Source of the DNA: a candidate division WOR-3 bacterium
GTDB lineage: Bacteria > Hydrothermota > Tepidihabitantia > Tepidihabitantales > Tepidihabitantaceae
Reading direction: 5' to 3'
NCBI GenBank assembly: GCA_965648935.1
Contig: CBFGIY010000030.1
Location: 1 to 26,864, forward strand
DNA length: 26,864 bases
Positions 15,666-24,947 of the stretch are shown here, one piece after another. Both the position numbers and the translations under genes were made by a program. The notes below the pieces were generated by a model. The model was not told the DNA's origin, made no database searches, and saw only the letters and a program-made list of their open reading frames with translations. Position 1 is the first letter of the stretch, and each line of letters starts with the position of its first letter.

Positions 15666-16784
15666 GTGTCGCTTCGGCGCATCGCGCTGGTTTTTGCCAA
15701 GATCGGGACAATCGGGTTCGGCGGCGGGCTGGGGATGCTCGCCCTCATCCGGCAGGAGGTGGTCGAGCGCCGGCGCTGGCTGAGCGACGAGCAGATGAGC
15801 GCGGGCGTGGCGCTCGGGCAGATGCTGCCCGGACCGTTCGTGTCCAACTACACCTACTACATCGGCCACGAACTGCGCGGGGTCAAGGGGATGGCCGTGG
15901 CCGTGGTCGCACTGCTCGCGCCCAGCTTCGTGCTGATGTGCCTGTTGAGCTGGCTTTACTTCTCGTTCGGCGGCGTGCCGGCCATCGCCGGGCTTTTTGC
16001 CGGGGTCCAGCCGGTGGTGGTCGGCATCCTGGCCTGGGCCACGTGGTCAATCGGCCGGGCCAACATCAAGAGCCGGCGCCAGTTGCTCATCGCGGGCCTG
16101 GCCGCGGTCGCGCTGCTGTTGCGCGGCGACTTCCTGATGGTCGTGCTCGGCTGCGGCCTGCTGGGCGTCGCGTTTTCCGGGGCCTGGCGCAGCCTGTCGC
16201 CCCGGCTGCGCGCGGCCGCGCCGACGCTGTGGCTGGGCACGGCGGCGGGCGCGTCGCTGGCCGTCGCGCTGGGCCGGGCCGGCGAGCTGGCCCTGGTGTT
16301 TGTCAAGGTCGGGGCGCTTCTGTTCGGCGGCGGGTTCGCCGCGATTCCCTTCATCCAGCATGAGGTCGTGGCGCTGCGCGGCTGGCTGACCCCGGGCGAG
16401 TTCATCGACGGCGTGGCTCTGGGCCAGCTCACGCCCGGCCCGGTCGCCATCACCGCGACGTTCATCGGCTACAAGGTGCTCGGCCTGCCCGGCGCGCTCA
16501 TCGCGACGCTGGGGACCTTCGTGCCGTCGTTCTTCATGCTGCTCGGGGCGATCAAGGTGTATGCCCGGTTCAAGGACAACCCGTGGGTGTGCGGGTTCCT
16601 CTCGGGCGTGCTGCCGGCGGTGTGCGGGATGCTGCTGTCGGCGACGGTCTTTCTCGGCCGGAGCGCGCTGGCCGGGCCGGCCGACGCGGTCACGGCGCTG
16701 CTCGCGCTCGCGCTGCTGCTGCGCTTCCGGCTCGACGCGTTCTGGCTCGTGCTCGGCGGCGCCCTGCTCGGGCTGGCGCGCTAG
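15666..16784 (+). CDS. chrA: Chromate efflux transporter (long-chain CHR family)
   Basis: Two CHR repeats: KIGTIGFGGG...GQMLPGP and KVGALLFGGG...GQLTPGP. Confidence 0.94.
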   Translation: MSLRRIALVFAKIGTIGFGGGLGMLALIRQEVVERRRWLSDEQMSAGVALGQMLPGPFVSNYTYYIGHELRGVKGMAVAVVALLAPSFVLMCLLSWLYFSFGGVPAIAGLFAGVQPVVVGILAWATWSIGRANIKSRRQLLIAGLAAVALLLRGDFLMVVLGCGLLGVAFSGAWRSLSPRLRAAAPTLWLGTAAGASLAVALGRAGELALVFVKVGALLFGGGFAAIPFIQHEVVALRGWLTPGEFIDGVALGQLTPGPVAITATFIGYKVLGLPGALIATLGTFVPSFFMLLGAIKVYARFKDNPWVCGFLSGVLPAVCGMLLSATVFLGRSALAGPADAVTALLALALLLRFRLDAFWLVLGGALLGLAR

Positions 16785-17122
16785 CCGGGCCGGTACTCGG
16801 CCGAGCAGCCCTCGCTTTCCCAGACGCGCACCGAGGTCACCGGGCCGGACCGGGCCAGCTCGCGGTACAGGTGGCGGGCGATGTTCTCCGCGGTCGGCAC
16901 GAAATCGTAGAACTCGTTGAGGTACTTGTGGTCGGGCAGGACCGCCGCGAGGCGCGCACGCAGCGCGACGAAGTCCTCGACCATGCCGTGCCGGTCGAGT
17001 TTCTTCGCCGCGACGGCGACCTCGACGCGATAGGTGTGGCCGTGCAGTTCTTCGCACTTGCCGCCCGGGCCGGTCACGCGGTGGGCGGCCGAGAAGATGG
17101 CCTCGACTCGTATCGTGTACAT
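16781..17122 (-). CDS. queD: 6-carboxy-5,6,7,8-tetrahydropterin synthase (QueD/PTPS family)
   Basis: FSAAH, CEELHGHTY (CxxxHGH), DHKYLN, PTAENIA, VWES. Confidence 0.94.
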   Translation of the reverse strand: MYTIRVEAIFSAAHRVTGPGGKCEELHGHTYRVEVAVAAKKLDRHGMVEDFVALRARLAAVLPDHKYLNEFYDFVPTAENIARHLYRELARSGPVTSVRVWESEGCSAEYRPG

Positions 17123-17128
17123 CGACCG

Positions 17129-17156
17129 AGGTTACAGCGGCGCGGCCCGCGGTCAA
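17129..17156 (-). promoter_or_regulatory. sigma70-type leaderless promoter for queD
   Basis: Minus strand: TTGACC, 16 bp, TAACCT, 6 nt, ATG 17122. Confidence 0.6.
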
Positions 17157-17168
17157 GCCGGCTGCGGG

Positions 17169-17196
17169 TTGCGCCCGGCCGGGAACGGGCTAGACT
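17169..17196 (+). promoter_or_regulatory. Possible sigma70-type promoter for the nitroreductase gene
   Basis: TTGCGC, 16 bp, TAGACT; divergent from the queD promoter. Confidence 0.45.
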
Positions 17197-17255
17197 GTGG
17201 CGTGGTCAGTATCGGTTGCGCGCCCGGGCGCATCGGCCCGGGCACTGGAGGCATC

Positions 17256-17984
17256 GTGAAGGCATCTCGTCCGTTCGTTGCCGCCGCGCTCGTCCTGCTC
17301 GGCGCGGTTGCGTTTGGCCAGAAGGGCAAGGCTCCGGCCGCGCCCGGGAAGCCGACCGTGTCGGGCGCGGTCGCGCTGGTCAAGCTGCCCGCGCCCGAGA
17401 AGAAGGGCACGGTTTCGGTCGAGGAAGCGCTGTGGCAGCGCCGGTCGGTGCGGCGCTACGCCGCCGCGCCGCTGGAGCTGGCCGAGGTCGGCCAGCTGCT
17501 GTGGGCCGCGTACGGGGTCAACCGCGAGAACGGCTACCGCACCGCGCCGTCGGCCGGGGCGACCTACCCGCTCGAGCTCTACATTGTCGCCGGCAACGTC
17601 AACGACCTGAAGCCGGGCGTGTACGCCTACCGGCCGGCGACGCACGAGCTCAGGCTGGTCGAGCGCGGGGACAAGCGCGCCGCGCTGTCCGGCGCCGCGC
17701 TCGGGCAGGCCGCGGTGCGCGACGCGCCGGCCGCGCTGGTCTGGTCGGCCGTGTTCAAGCGCACGACCCAGCGCTACGGCGACCGGGGCCGCGAGCGTTA
17801 CGTCTGCATGGACCTCGGCCACTCGGCCGAGAACGTCTATCTGCAGTGCGCCGCGCTCGGCCTGGGCACTGTGGCGGTGGGCGCGTTCGGGGACGGGCCG
17901 GTGAAGCGGGTGATGAGCCTGCCCGAAGGCGAGGAGCCGCTCTACATAATGCCGGTCGGCCGGCTGGCCGATGAGAAGAAATAG
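17256..17984 (+). CDS. SagB/ThcOx-family nitroreductase-like oxidoreductase with N-terminal signal/anchor
   Basis: GGAGG SD plus GTG 17256. RRSVRRY, QLLWAAYG, RTAPSAGATYPLE, DLGHSAENVYL, VGAF. Confidence 0.9.
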   Translation: MKASRPFVAAALVLLGAVAFGQKGKAPAAPGKPTVSGAVALVKLPAPEKKGTVSVEEALWQRRSVRRYAAAPLELAEVGQLLWAAYGVNRENGYRTAPSAGATYPLELYIVAGNVNDLKPGVYAYRPATHELRLVERGDKRAALSGAALGQAAVRDAPAALVWSAVFKRTTQRYGDRGRERYVCMDLGHSAENVYLQCAALGLGTVAVGAFGDGPVKRVMSLPEGEEPLYIMPVGRLADEKK

Positions 17985-18034
17985 GGCGGGACGGCCGTGA
18001 AACTCGTCGCCGGTTGCGGTATCGACTGCGCGCA

Positions 18035-18062
18035 TTGACGCGGAACGGCCCGAGCCTATCCT
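18035..18062 (+). promoter_or_regulatory. sigma70-type leaderless promoter
   Basis: TTGACG, 16 bp, TATCCT, 6 nt, GTG 18069. Confidence 0.6.
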
Positions 18063-18068
18063 GACCGC

Positions 18069-18587
18069 GTGACCCGGCGCAAGTCGTTTGACCAGCACTG
18101 GCTCGGCGCGCTCGGCGCGTACGCGCTGATGGACCTGCTGCTGGCCGGGCTGGGTATGGGCGTCCCGGTCTTCTGCATCCTGTTCGGGTTCAGCGTCGGC
18201 TGGTTCACCGCGATGCGGGCCCGCGTGTTCCGCTCCGACCTGCGGCAGGCGATGCGGCTGAACCTGCGCTACGCGCTCATCACGACCGCGGTGACGTTCG
18301 CGCTGATGGCGGTCATCTGGGGCAGGCTGGTGCCGGTGCTGTTTGACCCGGTGATTGACTACGGCTCGATGGGCGTGCCGCTGATACTCTACGAGCCGCG
18401 CCTGAGCTTCATCGGCTGGCTGGTGCTGATGATCTTCGTGGCGCCCGCCCTGCAGTTCGTGGTCACGCTGCTCGGTTCATACCTCACGTTTCTCTGGGCG
18501 CCGGCGTGGTGGCGCGACGGCGTGCCGACGCCGGAGCAGCACTTCCCGCGCCCGCCCTGGCAGCGCAGCGCGCCGCCGGCGAATTGA
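18069..18587 (+). CDS. Hypothetical integral membrane protein (about 4 TM segments)
   Basis: Hydrophobic segments, coding bias, own promoter. Confidence 0.8.
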   Translation: MTRRKSFDQHWLGALGAYALMDLLLAGLGMGVPVFCILFGFSVGWFTAMRARVFRSDLRQAMRLNLRYALITTAVTFALMAVIWGRLVPVLFDPVIDYGSMGVPLILYEPRLSFIGWLVLMIFVAPALQFVVTLLGSYLTFLWAPAWWRDGVPTPEQHFPRPPWQRSAPPAN

Positions 18588-18612
18588 CAGCACTCAAGGT
18601 GAGTCCTAAGAT
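18584..18612 (+). promoter_or_regulatory. sigma70-type leaderless promoter for the C25 peptidase
   Basis: TTGACA, 17 bp, TAAGAT, 5 nt, ATG 18618. Confidence 0.7.
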
Positions 18613-18617
18613 TGACC

Positions 18618-21600
18618 ATGCCCCTTAGTCTCGCCTCAGCCGTCCTGTTCTTTTTTTTGTCTGCCGCCCCGAACGACAACAACGTCGCGCCTGCGGCCGC
18701 CGCAGCCCCCGCCGCCCGCGCCGCGCTGAGGGTTGTCAGCGCAAGCAGCGAAGGACTGGTCCTGGAGTTCGCCTGCGACAGCTTCGTGCTCGCCGAGGAC
18801 CGGCTGGGCACGGCCGTGACCTTTGACGGCGCCGAGGCCGGGCCGGCCGGCGCGCCGGACCTGCCCCACCTGTCGGTGCTGGTCGGCCTGCCCCAGTCCG
18901 GAACTGCGCGGCTGAGCGCGACGCCGTCCGAGACGCGGGTGCTGGGCGGGGTAAGGCTCAGGCCGGCGCCGGGCTTTGCCGCTGCCGACCCCGCCGCGCA
19001 GCCGCAGTCCGGTACCTGGCCGGCGCACGCGGCCGAGCTCGGGCCGGTCGAGACGATGCGCGGCGTGCGGGTCGCGCGGCTCACCGTGAATCCGGCGCAG
19101 CACGACGCCGCAACCGGCGAGCTGCGGCTGCACCGCCGGGTCCGAGTTCAGATCAGTTTCACGGACCGGCCCTCGGCGACATCGCTGCCCGACCCGCTCG
19201 ATGGGGTCATCGCGGCCGCGCTGGCCAACGGCGAACAGGCTGTGCGCTGGAAACTGGACCGGCTGCCCGGCGACACGCTCAACTTCTTCGAGCGCTCGAC
19301 CGAGTGGTGCCGCATCCGGCTCGACACGACCGGCGTCTATCGCGTGACCCCGGCCAACCTCAAGGCCGCCGGCTGGCAGCCCGAGAACATCGATCCGGCC
19401 ACGTTCAGGCTCTACACCATCGGTCCGTACGAGGTGGGCGGCAACTACCCGGACACGATGGTCGAAGTTCCTCTGCATGTCGTCGACAACGGCGACGGCA
19501 GGTTCTCGGGCAGCGATGCGTTGCTGTTCTTCGCCGAGGCGCCGTCGCGCTACGAGCAGGGCGACACGACCTGGCGTTTCAATCCCTATGCGCGCTACTC
19601 GGCGTTCTGGCTGACCTGGGGCGGCGGGGCCGGGCGGCGGATGTCCGAGGTGTCGGGCGCGACTGCGGCAAGCCCGCCGGCCCGCGGCCTCGCGCGGCAG
19701 CGTCTCGAACGCGACCTGCTGTGCCCGGCGCGTTCGGGCCTGCTGTGGCTGTGGACAAACATCTTCAAACCGACCGGCACGCTGAAGGTGGCCGAGACCA
19801 TCGCCCTGTCCCTGCCCGACCGCGACACGATTCACCGCGTCAGCGGCCGGCTGCTCGGCCGCGCTCCCGACAACCAGTCGCTGACTTACCGCGGCCGTGT
19901 CTGGCTGAACGGGACGTTGATCGACACCCTGCGCATCCCGGCGGCGAGCCGCCTGCCGCCGCAGACGCTGTTCAACTTCGCGGTGCCGGTCGCGGCCGGC
20001 GCGCGCTCCGGCGCCGACACGGTCGTCATCGAGCTGTACGGCGAGCCGGAGATGGACGTGTTCCTCGACTGGCTGGAGGTTCAGTACACCCGCAGGCTGA
20101 GCATGGACCGCGACCGCGGTTATCTCGAACTGTGGGGCCGCGACTCGGCGGCCGGGTTGAGTTTCGCGCTGGACGGCGGCGCGGCCGCGCTGGTGCTGGA
20201 CGTCACCGACCCCTGGAACCCGGCGCGCATCACGGGCGGCCGGGTCGATGGCGGCCGGCTTTCGGTCGAGTACCGGCCGGGCCGGCCCGCGCGCGTCGCC
20301 TGCGCCCTGCCCGAGCGAGCGCGCGCGCCCGCGGCCATCGAGCGCCGCAGTCCGGGCGGCCTGCGCAGCCCGGGCCTGCGGGCCGACTACTACATCGTCG
20401 CGCCGGACGAGTTCGCCCAGGCCGCGGAGCTGCTGGCGCGCTACCGGGCCGGCAACGTGCCCGGGCTCGGCGCGGCGACCGCGCGCGTGGCCCGGCTGTC
20501 GCAGATATACGACGACTATGGTTTCGGGATGGACGAACCGGCCGCAATCAAGCGCTTTCTCCAGGCCAAGCAGCCGGCCTACGTGTTGCTCGCGGGCGAC
20601 GGCAACTACGACTACCGCGACATTCTCGGGCTGGGCAAGCCGGCCGGCGTGCCGCCTTTCGAACTGGGCTACGACATCGACCCCGAGGTCTACGGCAACA
20701 CCGCGCGGGCCCTGGATGCGTGGTACGCCGACCTTGACGGCGGCGGCGGCCTGCCGGACCTGATTCTGGGCCGTGTCACCTGCCGCAGCGCGGTCGAGCT
20801 GCGCGCTTTCGTCGACAAGGTGCGGGGCTACGAGAAGCAGCCGCCCGGGTACTGGAGCAAGCGGTTCCTGCTCGTCGCGGACGACGAGTGGCTGGGTCAG
20901 GTCGGGCCGCGCTACATCGACCCGATCGGGTTTCGCCACATCTCGTCGTGCGAGCTGATGAACACGCTGGCGCCGGAACTGCTCGACCCGGCAAAGATAT
21001 ACCTGACCGAGTACCCGCTGACCACGACCAACCTGAAGGCCGGGGCCCAGGCCGACCTCCTGCGCCGGCTCGACGACGGCGCGCTCCTGTGGGCCTTTTT
21101 CGGCCACGGCGCCGGGTTCCAGCTCTGCCACGAGCAGATACTGCACATCACCAACACCGTGCCGCAGGTGAAGACCGGTCTGCGCCAGAGCGTGGCGTTC
21201 TTCGGTTCGTGCGGGGTCGGCCGGTTCGACGACACCCGCTACGAGGCGGTGGCCGAGGAACTGGTCCGGCGCGACGAGGGCTGCATCGTGACCGTGGCCG
21301 CGACCAAGGCGACCGACCCGGGCGGCAACGAGGCGCTGGCCCGCCAGTTCTTCACGTTCCTCACTCAGCAGCCCGACCAGTCGGTCGGCGCCGCATTCTT
21401 CTCGGCCTGGCGCATCAACCCCCTTTACCACTACTTCGGCGACCCGGCCCTGCGCCTGCGCCTGCCGGCGCGGGGCATCGCGCCGACCGTGCAGCCCGAC
21501 ACGCTGTGGCCGGGCGGGCGCGTGACCGTGGAGTGCAGCACGCCGGCCCTGTCCGGCAGTTACGAGCTCGCCGGATTCGAGGAGCAGTGGTACCGGCGCT

Positions 21601-22550
21601 ACCAGTCCGAGGTCGGGCTGGTCGCTTACCGCCTCAACGGCTACAACCTGCACCGCGCCAACGGCCGGTTCGATTCGGGCCGAATCAACGCCGAGTTCAT
21701 CGTGCCGCGCGTCGAGTACCCCGAAACCACGGTCGTGCCCAACGGCTCCTATGTACGCGAGGCCGGGACGGGCCGGGTGTCGGTGCTGGCGTGGAACGCC
21801 GACAGCGCCTGGACCAGCACCAGTACCGGGCTCTGGCTCGGTGACAGCGCGATCGAGCCGGACGACAACGCGCCGCCCGAGATCGAGCTGTGGGCCGACA
21901 ACATCCGGCTCCGGCCCGGCGACACCACGGACGTGCCGCGCAGCTTCACGCTGCAGGCCGTGGTCACCGACCCGTCGGGCATACTGCTCGTCCCCAACGT
22001 CGATGCCGGGCTGTCGATGCAGATCGGCACCGCGCCGCGCGTCGAGGTGCACGAGCGGTTCCGCTACGACAACAACTCCTCAACCACGGGCCGGTTCTCC
22101 TACCCGGTCCGGCTCGAGCAGCGGCGCGACGCGATAACCGTCATCGCCACCGACAACATCGTATCGCCGCTCAACAGCCACCGGCGGATCGTGCAGGTCG
22201 CCTTGCGAACCCGGCTCGACGAGGCGCTGGAACTGACCGACGTGCTGGTGTACCCCAACCCCTATGCCGGTTTTGCGGGCGACCCGGCGCGGTTCACCTT
22301 CAACCTCTCGCGCCCGGCCTACGTGACGGTGAAGATCTACACCCTTGCCGGCCGGCTCATCCGGGCACTGCCGGCACGGTTGTGCGGCCTGGGTTACGGC
22401 GAGCTTGAGTGGGACGGACTGGACTCCGAAGGCCGGACCCCGGCCAACGGGGTGTATCTCTACAAGCTGGATGCCCGTTCCAGCGGCACCGGGCTGGGCA
22501 CCGGCAGTTCGTCAGCTTCGTTCCGCGACCGGTTCATCATCCACCGCTAG
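18618..22550 (+). CDS. Peptidase C25 (gingipain/PorU-like) with propeptide and FlgD/T9SS-like C-terminal domain
   Basis: Signal peptide. PorU-like TGVYRVT..L, YVLLAGDGNYD, LILGRV, LLVADD. Catalytic FFGHG and FGSC, YFGDPAL. CTD VYPNP...VKIYTLAGRLI...WDGLD...NGVYLYKL. Confidence 0.9.
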   Translation: MPLSLASAVLFFFLSAAPNDNNVAPAAAAAPAARAALRVVSASSEGLVLEFACDSFVLAEDRLGTAVTFDGAEAGPAGAPDLPHLSVLVGLPQSGTARLSATPSETRVLGGVRLRPAPGFAAADPAAQPQSGTWPAHAAELGPVETMRGVRVARLTVNPAQHDAATGELRLHRRVRVQISFTDRPSATSLPDPLDGVIAAALANGEQAVRWKLDRLPGDTLNFFERSTEWCRIRLDTTGVYRVTPANLKAAGWQPENIDPATFRLYTIGPYEVGGNYPDTMVEVPLHVVDNGDGRFSGSDALLFFAEAPSRYEQGDTTWRFNPYARYSAFWLTWGGGAGRRMSEVSGATAASPPARGLARQRLERDLLCPARSGLLWLWTNIFKPTGTLKVAETIALSLPDRDTIHRVSGRLLGRAPDNQSLTYRGRVWLNGTLIDTLRIPAASRLPPQTLFNFAVPVAAGARSGADTVVIELYGEPEMDVFLDWLEVQYTRRLSMDRDRGYLELWGRDSAAGLSFALDGGAAALVLDVTDPWNPARITGGRVDGGRLSVEYRPGRPARVACALPERARAPAAIERRSPGGLRSPGLRADYYIVAPDEFAQAAELLARYRAGNVPGLGAATARVARLSQIYDDYGFGMDEPAAIKRFLQAKQPAYVLLAGDGNYDYRDILGLGKPAGVPPFELGYDIDPEVYGNTARALDAWYADLDGGGGLPDLILGRVTCRSAVELRAFVDKVRGYEKQPPGYWSKRFLLVADDEWLGQVGPRYIDPIGFRHISSCELMNTLAPELLDPAKIYLTEYPLTTTNLKAGAQADLLRRLDDGALLWAFFGHGAGFQLCHEQILHITNTVPQVKTGLRQSVAFFGSCGVGRFDDTRYEAVAEELVRRDEGCIVTVAATKATDPGGNEALARQFFTFLTQQPDQSVGAAFFSAWRINPLYHYFGDPALRLRLPARGIAPTVQPDTLWPGGRVTVECSTPALSGSYELAGFEEQWYRRYQSEVGLVAYRLNGYNLHRANGRFDSGRINAEFIVPRVEYPETTVVPNGSYVREAGTGRVSVLAWNADSAWTSTSTGLWLGDSAIEPDDNAPPEIELWADNIRLRPGDTTDVPRSFTLQAVVTDPSGILLVPNVDAGLSMQIGTAPRVEVHERFRYDNNSSTTGRFSYPVRLEQRRDAITVIATDNIVSPLNSHRRIVQVALRTRLDEALELTDVLVYPNPYAGFAGDPARFTFNLSRPAYVTVKIYTLAGRLIRALPARLCGLGYGELEWDGLDSEGRTPANGVYLYKLDARSSGTGLGTGSSSASFRDRFIIHR

Positions 22551-22604
22551 CCGGCGCTACCGATTGGGTCCTGTCCGGCCCGGGCACTACCGGTTGCGTC
22601 CGGC

Positions 22605-22633
22605 TTGACCCGCGGTTCGGGTTCGGCTATATT
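22605..22633 (+). promoter_or_regulatory. sigma70-type (near-)leaderless promoter for the M23 peptidase
   Basis: TTGACC, 17 bp, TATATT, 8 nt, ATG 22642. Confidence 0.7.
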
Positions 22634-22641
22634 CCAGCCCA

Positions 22642-23499
22642 ATGGAACGGCTCCAGGTACTGGTTGCCCTGAAGCGCCGCAACAGGTTCCTGAACCTGTC
22701 GTTCCCACTTCTCCCGGTATATGTAGTTGCGGTCTGCGCGGCTTGCCTGCTGGTTGCGGGTATGCTGCTTGGCGGCCAGTTGTTCGGCGACTCCAGCCGC
22801 GTGTCCAGCCTGCGGCGCGAGAACGAGGCGCTGAAGAAAAGGGTCGAATTCTACGCCGCGGCGATGGACACTTTCCGCGAGTTCCTTGTCGCGGCCGAAG
22901 CCGTGGACAACAAGCTGCGCGCCGCGACCAATCTCCAGCTCATTCCTTCTGATATCCGGCTGATGGGCGTGGGCGGCCGGGCCGCGACGCCGCTTGATGC
23001 CCGGGTCGACAATCTCCTGCGCCGGGTGCGGTTCGAGCGCAAGTCGCTGGAGGAGATCGAGGAAGCCGTTACAGTCCAGCAGGAACGCCTGCGCTTCATG
23101 CCTTCCATCTGGCCGGTCCGGGGTTGGGTGACCTCGGGTTTCGGACGGCGCCGCGACCCGTTCACGGGCGCCCGGGAGATGCACCAGGGCATCGACATCG
23201 TCGCACCCGCCGGTTCGAGGATTCTGGCCACGGCCGACGGCCGGGTGGTTTTCGCCGGGTGGAAGCCGGGCTGGGGCCGGGTCGTGGAAATCGACCATGG
23301 CTGGGGTCTGAGGACATTCTACGCGCATTGCCGGAGCACGATTGTCAGGGCCGGCACCAGCGTGAAGCGCGGCGACCCCATTGCCACGGTCGGCTCGTCA
23401 GGCCGCTCGACCGGCACCCATCTGCACTACGGCGTCGCCCAGAACGGCAACTGGACCGACCCGGCCAACTACATCATCACCTACACCGCCAGCCGGTAA
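22642..23499 (+). CDS. M23 family metallopeptidase (TM anchor, coiled coil, LytM domain)
   Basis: PSIWPVRGWVTSGFG, HQGID (HxxxD), YAH, GRSTGTHLHY (HxH). Confidence 0.95.
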   Translation: MERLQVLVALKRRNRFLNLSFPLLPVYVVAVCAACLLVAGMLLGGQLFGDSSRVSSLRRENEALKKRVEFYAAAMDTFREFLVAAEAVDNKLRAATNLQLIPSDIRLMGVGGRAATPLDARVDNLLRRVRFERKSLEEIEEAVTVQQERLRFMPSIWPVRGWVTSGFGRRRDPFTGAREMHQGIDIVAPAGSRILATADGRVVFAGWKPGWGRVVEIDHGWGLRTFYAHCRSTIVRAGTSVKRGDPIATVGSSGRSTGTHLHYGVAQNGNWTDPANYIITYTASR

Positions 23500-23525
23500 T
23501 AGCCCAGAACAACCCGACCGGGTCG

Positions 23526-24791
23526 CTAGCGCCGGACAAGCACGGCCGGCAACCGCGCCTCGACCTTGCGGCCCGAGAAGGAGTAGCTGAGCGTCACGGC
23601 GTAGATGCCGGCCGGGGCCGGGCCGCCGTCGAGCCGGTTGCCGTCCCAGTACGCCGCGTCATCAGCCCGGGCCGCCCGGCCGTCAAAGAGCCGGGCCACG
23701 ACCCGGCCGCGCAGGTCGAACACGCTGACCTTGAGCCTGCCGCCCGGCTCGGGCAGGTGCCAGAGCACCTCGAGGCTGTCTTCGAACCGGTCGCGGTCCG
23801 GGGTGAACCGCGCGCGGACAAGCTCAAGCAGCCGGCCCATTCCCGGCGCCACGGTGATGCGCCGGCGGTTGTCGGCCGGGTCGCACTCGGCCGGCGCCGC
23901 GACCTCGACCCACAGGTCGGTCGCGCGGTTCGGACAGGCGAAACGGAACTCGAGCGCGGTGTCCGAACCCGGAGCAAGGGAAAAACCGGGCACCGACACG
24001 ACTCGCTCGGCCGGGTCCTGACTGCCGTTGCCGTCCAGGTCGAGCCACGCCAGCATCTCCCAGGCGGCCGAGGCCTGCCGGCCCTGATTGGCGATGCGCG
24101 CCCGGGCAGCGGCGGCCGTGCCTTTCTGCAGGGGCGCGGTGTCGAGCAGGGCGAGTTCCGTTACCGCGAAGTCGTCGAGCGCGAGAAGGCTCGCGGGCCG
24201 GCCCGGGGTCGCGCCGGCCGAATCAAGACAGATGGTCCAGTTCGACACCGTGTCCGGGCCGAGCGGGTCGATGCGCTCCCAGGAGACTCCATCGCCGGCA
24301 TCGCAGGGCAGGCTGTCGGAATTGTCCAATGGTGTGCCGAAGGTCGAAGTGTCGCCATAGGGCGAGATGAGCCAGACCGGGTCGTTATTGGCAAGGCCGT
24401 TGCCCAGCGTCGTGTTGCGCACGGTCAGGACGAGCGTCGAGTCAGCGAACCGCCAGGGCCGGATGTGGCCGCCCTGCGGGTCAAGGCTGGTGTACTCCGA
24501 ATCCAGCACCACGGCATAGCCGCCTGGCCGCAGCCAGGTGTGGCCGAGCTGCAGGGTCGGGTTGTCCAGAAGCAGCGACGAATCGGCCCACGGGCAGATA
24601 TAGTCGCGCGCATCTCCGTCGTCCAGCGCCCAGTTGAACAGGTCCACGGCGTGCCGCGTCGGGTTGTGCAGTTCGATGAACTCGTTGCGGTCCTCTGGAT
24701 ACCCCACGCCGCTGCCGCCGGCCGGGTTGGCCATCACCTCGGTGATGACCACGCGCGAGGCGCAGAGCAGCGCGGCAAGCAGGCAGGCCAT
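23526..24791 (-). CDS. Secreted lamin-tail-domain protein with CARDB-like Ig and FlgD/CTD-like C-terminal domain
   Basis: VVITEVMANP, NEFIELHN, GATPG; NQG...DPADN; FTPDRDRFED...VFDLRGRVV...WDG...GIY. ATG 24791 chosen from promoter position. Confidence 0.85.
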   Translation of the reverse strand: MACLLAALLCASRVVITEVMANPAGGSGVGYPEDRNEFIELHNPTRHAVDLFNWALDDGDARDYICPWADSSLLLDNPTLQLGHTWLRPGGYAVVLDSEYTSLDPQGGHIRPWRFADSTLVLTVRNTTLGNGLANNDPVWLISPYGDTSTFGTPLDNSDSLPCDAGDGVSWERIDPLGPDTVSNWTICLDSAGATPGRPASLLALDDFAVTELALLDTAPLQKGTAAAARARIANQGRQASAAWEMLAWLDLDGNGSQDPAERVVSVPGFSLAPGSDTALEFRFACPNRATDLWVEVAAPAECDPADNRRRITVAPGMGRLLELVRARFTPDRDRFEDSLEVLWHLPEPGGRLKVSVFDLRGRVVARLFDGRAARADDAAYWDGNRLDGGPAPAGIYAVTLSYSFSGRKVEARLPAVLVRR

Positions 24792-24798
24792 CGTGCAG

Positions 24799-24826
24799 AG
24801 GATAGCGGCGCGGCCACCCGGGTCAA
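24799..24826 (-). promoter_or_regulatory. sigma70-type leaderless promoter for the lamin-tail gene
   Basis: Minus strand: TTGACC, 16 bp, TATCCT, 7 nt, ATG 24791. Confidence 0.65.
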
Positions 24827-24905
24827 CCGCAGTGCCGGGCCGCCGCACCGCGTGCGCGACCGTAAGATTGAGGACATCCTTTCCGGCCGGGCCGGGTCTA
24901 AAATA

Positions 24906-24947
24906 TGAAGCCGAGGGACGACCACCCTCCCCCGTCCCGAGGCTTCA
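24906..24947 (-). terminator. Terminator-like hairpin (minus strand)
   Basis: On +: TGAAGCC-GA-GGGACG...CGTCCC-GA-GGCTTCA. On the minus strand it is followed by TATTTT. Confidence 0.4.

Noticed and set aside
16781..17984. queD plus SagB-type oxidoreductase as a 7-deazaguanine DNA-modification or azole-RiPP cluster
   Set aside because: No queC/queE/folE/dpdA, no YcaO and no precursor peptide nearby; the genes are divergently transcribed singletons.
18636..22052. Very long antisense or alternative-frame ORFs (also 1556-3577, 9442-11382, 13566-15869, 23124-24908)
   Set aside because: Shadow ORFs expected at about 70% GC. They overlap well-supported genes and lack recognisable motifs.
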